Shown: positions 13,270 to 26,177 of the stretch, piece by piece | Layout of the letters: every line of letters starts with the position of its first letter | How positions within the stretch are numbered: position 1 is the first letter of the stretch | Source of the DNA: Sphyrna mokarran | Lineage: Eukaryota | Assembly: GCA_024679065.1 (NCBI GenBank) | Contig: JAGIQG010000043.1 | Location: 1,612,001 to 1,676,000, forward strand | DNA length: 64,000 nt | Reading direction: 5' to 3' | The notes under the pieces: model-generated | What the model was told of the DNA's origin: nothing | The model's database searches: none | What the model saw: the letters and a program-made list of their open reading frames with translations, nothing else | Program-made: the position numbers and the translations under genes

Positions 13270-13930
13270 ACAGATCTCTGAAACAGGAGTGGCATTTAGC
13301 AAGGTGGTGAAAGAGGCATACGGTCACTTGGTTTCATCAGTCGAAGCATAGATCACGAAAGCATAGAAGTCATTTAGGATCTGTATAGAACGTTGCTCAG
13401 ATCACAGCGAGACTAAAGTGCGCTGTTCTTGTCACCACAGTATATGAAGAATGTGATTGTACTGGTAAGGGTGCAGAGAGGATTCTCCGGCATGTTGCCT
13501 AAGATGGAACACTGAAGAGAGATTGGGTCGATCGATGTTGTTTTCTTGGAACACAGAAGACTGAGCGGCGACCTGATAGAGGTGTACAAGATTCTGAGGG
13601 ACATGGACGGAGAGAACAGCTGTTCCCCATAGCTGAAGGATCAATCAAGAGGAGACATAGATTCACATTGAGCGCTGGAGATTTAGGGGACATGAGAAAA
13701 GAAAACGTTTTTTTTTACTCAGAGATGGTGACAATCTGGAATGTGTTGCCTGGGAGTGTGGTAGAAGTGGGTTGCTGCACATCATGTAAAAACCACTGGA
13801 TGGGAACTGCATACATCCGAACGTTCAGGCCAAGTACTGGCACATGGATTAGGAGAGATTTTAAATGTCTCTAATGCGTCAGTGCAGACTTGATGGGCCG
13901 AAGGGCCTCTTCTGCTCTGTGTGGTTCTAG
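13270..13930 (+). mobile_element. Degenerate CR1 3' fragment
   Basis: Decayed [18 protein letters not shown] and WNVLP motifs; GGGCCGAAGGGCC tail. Confidence 0.75.
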
Positions 13931-14092
13931 TATTTTGTGAAACTCAACAGATGTTTTTAAACTTGCTGATGTTTGCGACTATTTCTTCTTTGTATCATGA
14001 ATTCTGAACCTTGGATTATAGATTTCTGAAAAAAAAATCATGTTGTAATGGCAAAAGTAATTCCCTTCATTCACCTCTTCAATTCGTTTCTC

Positions 14093-14133
14093 TTATCTGG
14101 AACCTGCCAGTTCCTCGGCACTACTCGCGGTCC
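14093..14133 (-). CDS. Gene A cytoplasmic exon (GTASSAEELAGSR*)
   Basis: Strong acceptor TCTCTTCTTTCTTACAG, phase 1. The 3' end is ambiguous: TAA at 14095-14093, possible donors at 14103 or 14074. Confidence 0.6.
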
Positions 14134-14267
14134 CTGTAAGAAAGAAGAGATTAAATTGAGTCTAAATGGCCACATTTTACACGAAACCCGCTGAAGGTGT
14201 CAATAGTGATGTTCAAATGGACGGATTGAGAGAGAGAAAAGTTCTCGTGCCTTCCAACTATCGCTAC

Positions 14268-14387
14268 CTCTCTGCTGGTTTCCGCAGCCACTTCTCCTGG
14301 CCACAAGAACTCGTCCCAGAAGGAGAAGTGTCACGACCACCAAAGCGCCGGAAATCAGGAAAATGCATTTGGTCAGAAGTGGAGAAT
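14268..14387 (-). CDS. Gene A stalk-Cys plus transmembrane exon
   Basis: Acceptor CATTTTGCAG, 120 nt, phase 1-1. DSPLLTKCIFLISGALVVVTLLLLGRVLVARRSGCGNQQR. Donor G|GTAGCG. Confidence 0.82.
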
Positions 14388-15064
14388 CTGCAAAATGAAG
14401 CATAATTTTCAATTAAAACAATGAATTGTGGAAATGATAAAATAAACAGAGAATTTGTCAACTCTAACTGCCTGATTTGACCCGAAATGAAGAATGGGTT
14501 TGCCTATTGTACTATCGTTTATTCGAGCAGATTTAACACGTTTTCAACAGTGCACGGGATGGCATGGTGGGGAGGGGGAGGCGGGCGGGATGGTCGAATG
14601 AAAGAGAGCGAGAGATAAATAATTGACAGAGTTCTTATAGGCAATATTTAGAATAGAAAATATATAAATGAATAGGTAGCTTGAGAGAAGGAGAGATCCG
14701 TCGTTGGAACATTAGAATACCGTTCAAACACAACTCAAGTAGAGATTGACGGAGCAGGGCCTATGCAGAACTGTTCTATTTGGATGGAAAAAAACAAACA
14801 GAAACAATTAGAAAAACGATCATTGCGTGAAATTGATATAGAGAATGATAGAAGAGAGACAGAGCCACGAAATATGGAGAGAAAACGTGGGGGTTTAGAT
14901 GGAGCACCATGTAACTGAGACAGAAAAAAAGATGGATATGGATACTGAGGAAAACAATTGAAAGAGGCAGAGAGAAAGAGAATGAGTGAGCGCGCGAGAG
15001 AGGGAGACAGACAGTGTGGCGTCAAAACAGACTGAAGTAGACAACTGAATGATCACACTATATT

Positions 15065-15367
15065 AATCACAGAACCCTACATTGCACAGAAAGGCCCATC
15101 GAGACTGCACCGAAGACAATCCCATCCAGGCCCTACACCATATCCCACTCACTAATACCTACAACGTATACATCTCAGGACACTAAGGGGGGATTTCAGT
15201 ATGGTTAATCAATCTAACCCGCACGTCTTTGGATGGTGGGAGGAAACCGAAGCATCCAGAGGAAACCCGCATAGACACCAAGATAATGTGCAAACTTCAC
15301 ACAGTGACCCCAACTGGGAATCGACCCAGGAGCTGTGAAACAGCATTGCTAACCACGCTGCCCACGG
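15065..15367 (-). mobile_element. HE1/V-SINE in the gene A C1-TM intron
   Basis: GGGAGGAAACCGAAGCATCC core and tRNA head. Confidence 0.8.
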
Positions 15368-15484
15368 TAAGAGAGAGTTGTACGGAGAGTCAAAGGGAGA
15401 AAGTAAGAAATAAAGAGTGACACAAATATAAGAGAGAGAGGAAAGAGAGAGAGAGAGACATAGAAAAAAGGATTACACTGCATT

Positions 15485-16330
15485 AGAACAAAGAACAAAG
15501 AACAAAACAGCACAGGAAACAGGCCCTGTGGCCCAACGAGCCCACGCCGCCACCCCGATGTTCCCACCTCGACCCGCGATCCCTGTCCATGTTTATAAAT
15601 CTGTGGATTAAAAATCAAATTTGAGACAATTTAGGGAGAATTTGTTTTGCCAATTAGCCTAAGAGCACATCTTTGGGATGTGGGAGGAAACCGGAGCTCC
15701 CGGAGAAAACCTGCGCAAGCACAGGGAAAATGCGCAAACTCCCACAGACACAGGCCCAAATCCATGTATCTGCACAGCACAGAGATAGTCACTGAGCTGT
15801 TGTGTTGCCCATCAGATGGTCCAGGTCAAGCATACACGAACAACGTGAAGCAGGAGGATACTCTCGAAAAACATCCAAGAGCAGTCCTCTCACGACCCAT
15901 TGCGTGTATGTCCCTCATTAGACAACAATTGGACCAAAGCACCTGTAGGATAAAAACAAGTACATCAATATCGTCATCTATTTACACACTTCCCAGGGAC
16001 TCCCAAGGCTCATGATCCCTATTTTAAATCAGTTTTCTAGACCCCTCCATTCCCATTCTGTTCATGTGCCCATCTAAGTATTTCTTAAATATCTCCAGAC
16101 TACCTGCCTCCACCACTTTACTTGGCAGCGCATTCCAAACCCCCACCACCCTCTGTGTGAAAAATTCCCTCCAGCATCCAAATTATAGCTAACCCCCCTC
16201 ACCCTATGCCCGTGACCCCTCGTGTTATTTGAGTCCATCCTAGGAAAAAAGCTTAACCCTGTTTACTCTATCTATCCCCTTCAAAATCTTGTACACCTCT
16301 ATCAGATATCCTCTAAGTCTACGTCTTTCG
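15485..16330 (-). mobile_element. CR1 3' end with V-SINE-containing 3'UTR
   Basis: Reverse complement of the 27060-27905 region; AGAACAAAGAACAA tail. Confidence 0.9.
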
Positions 16331-17649
16331 AATTGCATGCTACAGAGTGAGAGAAAGGGAGTGATAGAGGGTGAGGCAAAGAGAACAAAAGAGAGATGGA
16401 GACAAAGACCGAGCGGAAGAGAATGGTCTTGCGTACAAAGAAGTAAAGAGCGGTTTGACAGAATGAGATATTAATTGATAAAACTGAAATTTGTTAACAG
16501 GGAGACGAACAGAAAGACGGACAATGAAGATCTGAAAGAAAATTGCACAACTGGATAGATATAAAGAAACAGATCGATAGAGAACGATCCCATCAAAGAC
16601 ATATAGAAAAAGAGAGAAAAACAATTATAGGCAAATAGATGCGTGTGAAAAGACATGATCAGTATTTAAGTGGAGAACCATGTAACTCAGAGAGGGATTA
16701 CTCGAGTATTCAAAAAGAAAAGACGGGATGGGGAGAGTGGGAGGGAGAGAGAGAGATAGACAGACAAATAGAGAGAGAGAGACAGAGAGACAGAGAACGA
16801 GATAGAAGAGCAAGAGAAAAAAGAGAGAGGGGGAGACGTAGTGAGTGAGATAAGAAGGCATTCTGACCTGGAAAAAATAGCTTAAACTGTGCTGAGGCAC
16901 AACTACATCGATTGAGAGGGAAAAAATAGAGCAGTGGATGGGCATCAATAGTACAAAGATAAAAGGGTAGTCAATTAAATAATATAGAATATAGAACATA
17001 GAACACTACAGCACAAAGAGACCTTTGGCCCACAAGCTGCGCCGATCATACCCACACCTACTAAGCCATAGAACTATCTGTAACTACCAATCCCATTTAA
17101 TCCCATGTACTCAACCAGAAGTCCTTTAAAAGACCCCAGCGCGTTTGCCTCCACTACAACCAACGGCAGCCGATTCTATTCACTGATCACCCTCTGAGTG
17201 AGAAAAAAAAACTTACCCCTAGTTTCGTATCAAAGTGTTTAACTGAGTCAGAGAGAAGTAGGTATGTGAAAGGATAAGTAAGTGATTATAGAAGGGCACA
17301 TTCGTATACAGTGCCTCTGGGAAGGTACTTAGGCTTTTCAATTTCACAAGCAGTTAAACAGTCACTAACCACCACCTTTGGCCTAGTCAGGCAGAAGAAC
17401 ACAGTCAATAGAAACAGCATGACGCCATTTCGCCCCTGCAGGGCGCTTCGCCATGCAATAACATCATGCTAATCTTCTACAGAATCTCCAAATCCCCGCC
17501 CGTCCAATCAATTCATTAATCCAACGCTCTCCTGTGACTGTACCTCCACAACTTGCAGAAGTACAGAAAAAGAGGTACATTTTCGGAAAACGAAATAATG
17601 AACCTTTCAGAGGCCTGTGAAAAAATAATGATTAATTGTCTACATAGGA

Positions 17650-18020
17650 TTATAGAATTGTAGATAGTGCAGAAGAAGGTCATTCGGCACATCAACCATG
17701 TAGTGACAATAATCCCACCAAGACTCTATAATTCCATAACACCACCAGATCTAACCTGCTTATCCTGCATTACTCCGCTGACGCTAAGGGACAACTTACC
17801 CGTGGCCAATGCACCCAGCTTGCATGTCTGTGAATACGAAGGCACAATTTTGTATGCACAATCCTCCTAACCTGCTCATCGTTTGACTCTGGGAGAAAAC
17901 CGGAGCACCCAGAGGGATCCTCGTAGACACGGGAGAACGTGTAGACTGCACACAAATACTGTGGAACTGGGTCTCTGGCGCTGTGAAGCAGCAATGCTAG
18001 CCACAGGACTATGGTGCCTC
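17650..18020 (-). mobile_element. HE1/V-SINE copy
   Basis: GGAGAAAACCGGAGCACCC core. Confidence 0.7.
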
Positions 18021-18124
18021 CAATTTCCATGGAGAAAATCAGAAATCGAGGAACTTGTAATTTACAAGGGCAGGCCTCAATAAAGCCTCACTTCAGCACT
18101 GAGTATATTTATGAATCGTCTTAC

Positions 18125-18431
18125 GAACATCTGAGCTGAGACACTTGCACTCAAAGGATGATCACCAGTGTTGCTATGAACGACACAAATATAGCGAGCG
18201 CCGCTGCTCCAAGTTTCCTTCCGGAGGCAAATGTAACTGCTGACGGTGTAGGTCCCATCCGGTTCTATTGTCCAGGAATCGATTTGCCTCTCGGTATCCC
18301 GGCCGGCAACATTCCAGCTGACAGGAGAGGAATGGGGAGACAGGCCTCGAACCAAACATAACAGAGGGACCTCTTTCATGGTGTGACCTCATCCAGCGGC
18401 GGAGTGAGGAGGAATATGTTGGGAGAACCCT
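18125..18431 (-). CDS. Gene A C1 exon (1-nt frameshift near 18380)
   Basis: Acceptor after a T-run (GGATTTAG). GSPNIFLLTPPLDEVT / MKEVPLLCLVRGLSP...VSWNV...EPDGTYTVSSYICLRKETWSSGARYICVVH...SVSAQMF. Donor GTAAGA. Confidence 0.9.
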
Positions 18432-18598
18432 CTAAATCCGGCAAAAAAAAACAGAGCACGTGAAGTCGGATATGTTGCAGTGTTAATGAGGCAAATTATG
18501 ACACTAATGAATCAACTTTCAATCTGCAATAGTTGGGACAGGAAACGCTTCAAATGATATTCATTTGTCTTTACAATGGATAAAATGAAAATGTGTAC

Positions 18599-18930
18599 GT
18601 GTAATCACTAACTTTGAGCCGTTTCCGAATATTATTGTACCAGTTTGTAAATTGTGCATTGCGCAGTAATACATTCCAGAGTCGGTTTTCCGGGTGCGCT
18701 CAATGATCAGTGAGTAATTATCCTCTTGTCAGAAATCTCACTGGAAAATCTCCCCGCCGCCGGGCGGTGCTTGCTTGCGGTGTAAACCAGCTTCGTGTCA
18801 CCGTGCTCTCGCTGCCTATGCCACAATAGGAAACTTGTACCTGAGACCTGGATGTGACAGCTGAGTTTAGCACGACTCCCCGCCGGGAGTGTCTGAACTG
18901 GAGGAGACTGGGACACGATGGATTGAGACA
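18599..18930 (-). CDS. Gene A V exon: germline-joined VJ domain (1-nt frameshift near 18725)
   Basis: Acceptor CTTTCCCACTTTCAG. SQSIVSQSPPVQTLPAGSRAKLSCHIQVSGTSFLLWHRQ...GRFSSEISDK, then after the shift NYSLIIERTRKTDSGMYYCAMHNLQTGTIIFGNGSKLVIT with canonical FGxG. 332 nt, one short of 333. Donor C|GTACAC is weak. Confidence 0.9.
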
Positions 18931-19599
18931 CTGAAAGTGGGAAAGAGGGAGAAAATGAGCGCCATGTCAGGCTACAGAGCATTCCTACCCATCCAACAAA
19001 GATAAAATGATAGGGATTCTTCTTTCTCAATTAAAATTGCGCAGATTGTGGCGTTGTGTGCTCCTTTATCAGGCCCACATTCTGGCGGCGGAAATAGATT
19101 CCATACCCCCATGCACCTGGTTGAAACACTCGAATGGACGAATGTGAACTCTTGTTTTTCTTACTATTCATTCACGGGACATGGGTATCGCTGACTGGCT
19201 AGCGTTTATTACCAATCTCAGTTGCTATTGGAGGGTAGTTGAATTAAACCACATTGTTATAACTGTAGAATCACATGGATGACAGTTTTCCTGGCTTAAA
19301 AGACATTAGGGAACCATTTTTTTTCCGACAATGGAGAATGGTTTAGTTATCATCAGTCGATACTTAGTTCCTGACATTTGTGAAGATAATACATTAAATA
19401 ACTTCTGCAAAGCAACATTTTTCAGCGAATATTTTCTCTCATCTATATTTCGTTTCTTCTTCTCCGTTAACTTTGTGCAGTTGACGTTTATTGAGAGATG
19501 ACGATTTAGTTTAATGTTATAATTGAAACCCCCTCCCCACACGCAGTCTCCAATTGCCCATATTGCCAATGGGGATAATTCACATCTTTTATCCCCGGG

Positions 19600-20390
19600 C
19601 AGAGGACGTTGAATCCGAGCCCTGGCTTCAATTCGCTTTTGGGCGATTGCTGTGTGGAGTTTGCACTTTTTCCCCGTATCTGTTTGGGCTTCTTCAGCGT
19701 GCTCCGGTTTTCTCTCACAATCCAAAGATGTATGATTAGCCATGTTAAATTACCTCTCGGTGTCTCAAAATGCGTACGCTAGGTGGATTGGCCATGCAAA
19801 ATTGCCTCGTAGCATCCTAAGATGTGTAGGTTTGGTGGATTGGGTATGCTAAATTGTCGTTTATTGACTCGAAATGTGTACGGTAATTAGATTGCCCATA
19901 TTCAACTGCTCCTCAGTGTCAGAGGATGTATGCGTTAGGCGGATTGGTTATGTTAAATTGAATCTTAGTGTCCAAAGATGTTCATGTTCAGTGGCTTTAT
20001 CATGCTACATTGACATTAGTGTCCAACAATATGCAGGTTAGGTAGATTAGCCCCGCTAAATTGCCCCTGAGTGTCCCAGGATGCATACGTGAGGGAGATC
20101 GGCCAGGCTATATTATGTAAATCCATTAGTGTATGCGAGACTATCAGGATAAATACATTTTGTTTTGGGATGGACTTGCTGTCAGTTCAGACTCGATGGG
20201 TCGAATGGGTTAGGTTGATTGGCCATGCTAAGAAATTGCCCCTTAGTGTCCAGGGTTGCTAGGGTTAGAGGGATTAGTGGATGTAATATGTAAGGGTATG
20301 AGGGTAGGGTTGTGGGTGAGATTACGTTCAGTGCAAACTCGATGGGCCGAAGGGCCTCTTTCTGCAGTGTAGGGTTCTATGGTTCTAATA
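19600..20390 (+). repeat. HE1 SINE with expanded tandem array of internal ~41-bp units
   Basis: Repeated AGATGTGTAGGTTAGGTGGATTGGCCATGCTAAATTGCCCCTTAGTGTCC units. Confidence 0.75.
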
Positions 20391-21569
20391 GTCTCTTTAT
20401 AAACTTTAGGCATTCTCTGATTCAAAATCTCATTATTTCCGATTCATTAATTATTATTGATTGACACACAATATTTACCCATTCGTTAACTATCTAAATT
20501 TGGTTTTCAGTTAAGCATGTGTGCCATATTATAAATTATATCACTGCACGAGAGGCCAGTTCACCTCTCGTGTATCTGCTGGATCTTTGGCAAACTTATC
20601 TAATTAAATCCCATCTATAGCTTCTTGTTTCCTCTATATTTTTGCAATTTTCGTTCCCTTGAAGTATTTATCCAGCTCCTGCTTTTGAAAGTTCTTACTG
20701 AATCTCCTTCCACATTCTTTCAAGTAAGGCCGTCCATATCACAATAATGTCTTTCTGCCTGTCAATATGTCACTTGTATTGATTTTCTTCAATGTGCATT
20801 TCTCTAGTTACTGAGCCTCAGTGGAAATAGCATCTCCTTATTTACTATATCGAAATCTTCACTCACGCCACCTGATGTTATCAAGGATGTCTCACCCTGT
20901 AAGAGATGGAACAATGCATAGACACCATGGAAAGTCATTGTAGTTGATTTAGCTGGTGAGCTCTGAATCCCCAACACTAATCTCACAGAGAAGTCACTAT
21001 TGTCTTCTCAGTATGAATGGGTTGTGAAATAAGCAAAGTACATGCGCTTCTGTGTTTATTATTAGATACATGATTGGCTTTTGAGAATAGAACTGACGTA
21101 TACAGTTCTCTGTGGTTTTCCTGTTTGCTGCAGGTCCACGTGATGCCACACATATTTTACAAAATATCTATCTTAAGAACCCATATCGCTTAGGCCAAAC
21201 TTAGTGTACAGAGAACGGTTCGTCCTAATTTAATGAGAATACTGAGCCAATAGAAATATTGTTCTGTATACCTAACAACAGTTTATGGCAGAATTGATAT
21301 TTCTTTTCTATCAGTGCGCATTGAATAGATTGGAACTCTTCCCTAAAAGCCAGGGCAGACAGAAAGCATTGGTTTAACTTGGCGTCATGTTTGGCACAAT
21401 ATTGTGGACCGAAGCGCCTGTTTCTATTTTATATTATTTCAGGTTCCAATAAAAAATGAACTAGCGGAAAATAAGAATGTATTGATCGTTGTCGTTTGTT
21501 TTTTTTTTGCCTATCCCTCGGAAATATCCCTTCATTTCTTGCATATTATTATCAATATCTAAAAGGTTA

Positions 21570-21990
21570 AATGCTCTGATGCTATTTACCTACACCACCA
21601 CTCCTGTCAGGGCGTCCAGACATCGGCCACTCTCTGTGTAAAAAAAAAACTTGCTGCTCGCATTTTCTTTGAACTCCCCCCCCCCCCCCCCCACCCTCCG
21701 CCGCCGCCGCCGCTTCCGCACGTTGCGTGCATTTCAAATCTGGGCGAAAGGTTCTTACTCTCAACCCGATCTATGCTACGCATAATTTTATATTAGGTCT
21801 CCCCTCAGTCTGCCACCCCAGAGGAAACAAACCTGGATTGTACAGTTTCCTCGTGTAAATTAAACCCTCTAATCTAGGCAGTATCCTGGTAAACCACTTC
21901 TGCACTTGTTCGAAATCTCCCACATCCTTCTTCTAATGTGGCAGGCAGAATTGAAAGCTACACTCCAAAGGCGACTTGACCAAACTTTTA
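21570..21990 (-). mobile_element. Degenerate CR1 3' fragment
   Basis: CAGTATCCTGGTAAACC..CTGCAC..TCCCACATCC signature. Confidence 0.6.
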
Positions 21991-22779
21991 CGCAGATTCA
22001 AAATTCAGCATCTGCCAGGTAGGAATCGAATCCCGGTATCCAGACCATAAACTCAATTTGTCGATTCGTATTTTAGCGATAAAAGCACTAGGCTATTGCC
22101 TCCTCATTTTCTAAAGAGATAAATATTAGTCCAGAATTCTTTCTTTGCTCCCTTTTGATATAGGGGAATTTTATATTTTTACATATACATGAGATTAGCA
22201 GGCGGGGCCCCACCTTAATGCCTCCTGTAAGAAACATCACCTTAGCAAAAGTGCATTGCTCCTTCAGCATTGCACATTGTAGCGGCAGGGTTCATCTGCC
22301 GACGTCTCAAGAAAGGAATAGAGAATTAGAAATGCTCTAACTACGCTGGAAATGAGACTGGAATCGATTTTGGTCTCTTTCGTATCAGTCAATTTCCATC
22401 ACTCCAACTTGCCATAATTCTAATTATGGAATTAGCTGACACGGACGCCAGCTCTGGAATTCTCTCCCTAAATCGTTTCCCATCTCTCTTTCCTTAAGAT
22501 AATCCTTAAACCGATCTGTTGGACGGCGATTACGACCAGATGCATCTCATATCCTTGAAGCACTTTGGAATTCAGTTGTACTGATCCACATTATAATGAA
22601 GCATCTGGCAATGAGGGCATAATGTAAAGATGCCGCCGTTGGACTGGTAGTAAGAAGTCTCACAACACCAGGTTAAAGTCCGCAGGTTTATTTGGTGGTA
22701 AAGGACACTAGCTTTCGGGGTTTGCCCCTTCATCACGTGTTGTGAGACTTCCTACAACGTGGGCGTGTGCTTGACAGAT

Positions 22780-24000
22780 GCAGCATAATGTGGATAAAAG
22801 TGAGAACATCCATTTCGGTAGCTACAATGCGAAAGCAGATTATTGTTTGAGTGGCTGTAAGTGGAGAGAGGTGGACACGCAGCGACTCCTTGTTGTCCTC
22901 ATGCATCAGTAGCTAGAAGTAAGCAAGCGGGTACAGCAGAAGGTAAAGAAGGCAACTTGTTTGTTCATCTTCATCGTGAGGGGATTTGAGTACAGGAAAA
23001 GGGATGTTTTGCAGCAAATGTGCAGGTATTGGGGAAGCCACATCTGAAGTACTAGGTGCAGTTTTGGGGCCCTTATCTGAAGAATGATGTCCTTGTGTAG
23101 AGAGAATGTAGTAAATTCTGAATTCTTGGATGAAGCTTATGACCCATATGCGTCTCATATCCTTTAAGCACCCTTTGGAATTAAGTTGTACGAATCAAGA
23201 AAACTCTTTAGTGCAGAAGGGGGCCCTTCGGCCCATCGAGTTTGCACCGGACACAATCCCACCCAGGCCGTACCCCATATCCCTACATATTAGACCCGCT
23301 AATCACTCTAACTACACATCCCCAGATACTAAGGGGCAATTTCTTTTCATGGCCAAACAACCTAACTCGCACATCTTTGGACTGTGGGAGGAAACCGGAG
23401 CACCCGGAGGACACCCACGCAGACATGAGGAGAATGTGCAAACTCCACACAGACAGTGATCCGAACCGCAAATCGAACCCAGATTCCTGGAGCTCTGAAG
23501 CAACAGCGCTAACCACTGTGTTACTGTGCCACTGATCCACTTTACACCAGACTGAATCCTTGGATGACAGGCCTGTATGATGAGCAGAGACTAAACCTGT
23601 TCGAATTATATTCATCTGCGTCTAGAAGAGTGAGAGGCGATCTCATGAAAGCTTCTGAAAACTCTACCTGGATTTGACAGAGTAGATTCAGAAAAAAAAA
23701 TGTTCACCATATCCGTGGAGTCCTAAATCAGGATTGAGGATAAAGAGTAAATCATTCAGATCTGAGATGAGAAGAAATTTCTTCACCCAGAGAGTGATGA
23801 CTGTGTGGAATTCGCTTCCACAGAAAATAATTGAAGCCAAAACATCGTTTGACTTCCAGGAGAAATTAAATCTGGCCCTTGTCGGTAAAGGGATGAAAGG
23901 GGTGGCTGGAATAAGATAGTGAATTTGGTAATCACGTCTAATCAAAATGAATTGTTGAGAGGCTCAAGGAGTCGGAAGGCCTGCTTCTGCTTTTATTCTT
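22780..24000 (+). mobile_element. Degenerate CR1 interrupted by an HE1 SINE (23195-23530, - strand)
   Basis: RSEMRRNFFTQRVMTVWNSLPQ motif; intact SINE core within. Confidence 0.7.
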
Positions 24001-24540
24001 TTATTATCTATGCGTCAATGTAGCCATGTTAATGATCCTCTTTCGAATCACGTATTATGCGTAAAGAGGAGCAGAATACACTGTCCGCCATTTGTCCGAA
24101 TGACTACGTTTACTTCGCAAATAATAATAGGAAGATAGATTGTTTCTGAAATAAGATATTGGCAATTTAAATGTACAACGGAAGTCGGTGCCGTGGACAA
24201 TGCTCACTGGGCAATGCAGGAGGCGGGGCTAACAGGGGTGGCCCGCCCTCACTGGCCATCGTCGCGGCGTGGCCAATAAATGAGGGGCCAATAGGAGGAA
24301 GGGCTAATGGGAGAGTGGCTAATTGGAAGGGGCAAATGGCGGAGGATCTAATAAGGGAATGTTTAATGGGGAGTGGACAATGATGGTGGGAATGATGGTG
24401 GAAAGGCTAATGGAGAAGGGCTAATGGAGGACGAGCTAATGGGGGAAGAGAGCTCACTTCCACTCTGCAGCTATCGGGGAGAAAGGGAGAGACAGGGATC
24501 TCATTATCTCTCCGCAGGGAACTCTGGGCGGAGGGTGACG

Positions 24541-25455
24541 TGTCTGCTCATCACTTAGGTTAAATAAAAAGGAAAATCTATCAGCGGTGTTCATATTTGT
24601 TAGATTTCTACAGACTAATGGCATCAAGGGAAATTGTGATCCTTTGGGGAATTGCGGGTCAGGCCGAGAATCATTTATGATCTAACGGAATGTCAGCGCC
24701 ATCCCGGGTGGTTGAAATTTCGCTTCCGTTTCTAGGTCCCGATGACCTAATTTCCTGTGTCTTTTCTGGAGCAACACTTGTCCCTCCCCTCCCCCCATGG
24801 ATTTTCCCAAAGCCCTGCAGCAGGTCCGCAACCCCTGAGTGGAGGGCGGCAGTTTGCCACCGGTCTGGGTGGTGAGGAGATTTTTGCGAACTTGCATCTC
24901 CAACCGTTGGCCACCGCGAATGCAGGTGATAGCTTCTTCAGATTGCCTGCAGCAGACGGGGCTGACAGCTCTGTTCTTTTCGTCAAACGCCTGCAACTGC
25001 TAATGCGCATGTTCATCATCGGAGGCATGTGCATTACGCTCCTCTGAAGTATATCGAGCAGTTTAAGCTCCGCCCACGGGTTTCTGCAGCGAGCTTTCTG
25101 ATATCTTTGCAGGCAAAATGTGTCAGGGGAGCTGAAATACGCCCAAAATTCGGATCTGAAATTCTCCCAGTTTCATGTCTGCTCATCACTTAGGGTAAAT
25201 AAAAAGGAAAATCGTATCAGCGGTGTTCATATTTGTTAGATTTCTACAGACTAATGGCATCAAGGGAAATTGTGATCCTTTGGGGAATTGCGGGTCAGGC
25301 CGAGAATCATGTATGATCTAACGGAATGTCAGCGCCATCCCGGGTGGTTGAAATTTCGCTTCCGTTTCTAGGTCCCGATGTCCTAATTTCCTGTGTCTTT
25401 TCTGGAGCAACACTTGTCCCTCGCCTCCCCCCATGGATTTTCCCAAAGCCCTGCA
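24541..25455 (+). repeat. About 280-bp direct repeat (24541-24818 / 25177-25455) around a ~360-bp GC-rich insert
   Basis: TGTCTGCTCATCACTTAGG...CCCAAAGCCCTGCA occurs twice with few differences. Confidence 0.9.
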
Positions 25456-26177
25456 TTTACAAAAGCATCCAATTCGAATTTGAGCGCCTCTGTTCAATCG
25501 GTACCCTTTATATACTCAGATAGAGCTATCCGGGTCTATGTAAAATAAAATAAATTTTATATCATGACGTTGTTGCTCTTTCAGGCAAATCATCTTCAAT
25601 CAGTGTCTTAGAATTTTCGTCGTACTTTTTACAAAGACAAGTTGGTCTTTTTGTAGTGTACCATAAGCGACACAGACAGATCCAGAAAGGTTCTCAATTC
25701 GAAGCTGAAAAAGTAACTCTTCAGAATAATCCACATCCTTGCGTTCAATATGGACTGCAGTCATAATCGAGTAATATTCAACTGTCCCTAGTGTGGCATT
25801 TCAAAGAAGGCGCATCAATTTATTTCACGGGCAGTCCGACGTAAGTAGCAGTTTCTGGATTATATTGGTTTGCCCAGACGATTGCCATTCAGAAAATTGC
25901 CAGAAGTGATTAATCCCCGGATAGGTTCCTATCGTTTTATTAATTCGTAGGACATTGATGATGGTAATTGGAGCTAATGCACCTTTGAGATTTCATTGCC
26001 TGAGGGAGAAGGAATGAAGTAGTTCTTTAAAATTGTTTAGAATATTAAATTTCCTGAGTTGTTGAGATTCTCGCCCAGCCCACACGGTGCCACTCTAATG
26101 CAATGCAGGCATTTCTCTATCATCTTGGCCCCTTCAGTCAAACATTTCCTGCTTCCTTTTCCCTTCCCCTTTCCCTT

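Larger units (their letters stand above)
14093..18930 (-). pseudogene. Gene A: second VJ-C1 antigen-receptor-like gene (V, C1, TM, cytoplasmic exons), frameshifted in this assembly
   Basis: Exons 18930-18599 (V), 18431-18125 (C1), 14387-14268 (TM), 14133-14093 (cytoplasmic, to TAA). Three apparent 1-nt deletions at ~18725, ~18380 and ~18125. Same architecture as gene B but strongly diverged. True pseudogene versus assembly error is unresolved. Confidence 0.8.
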
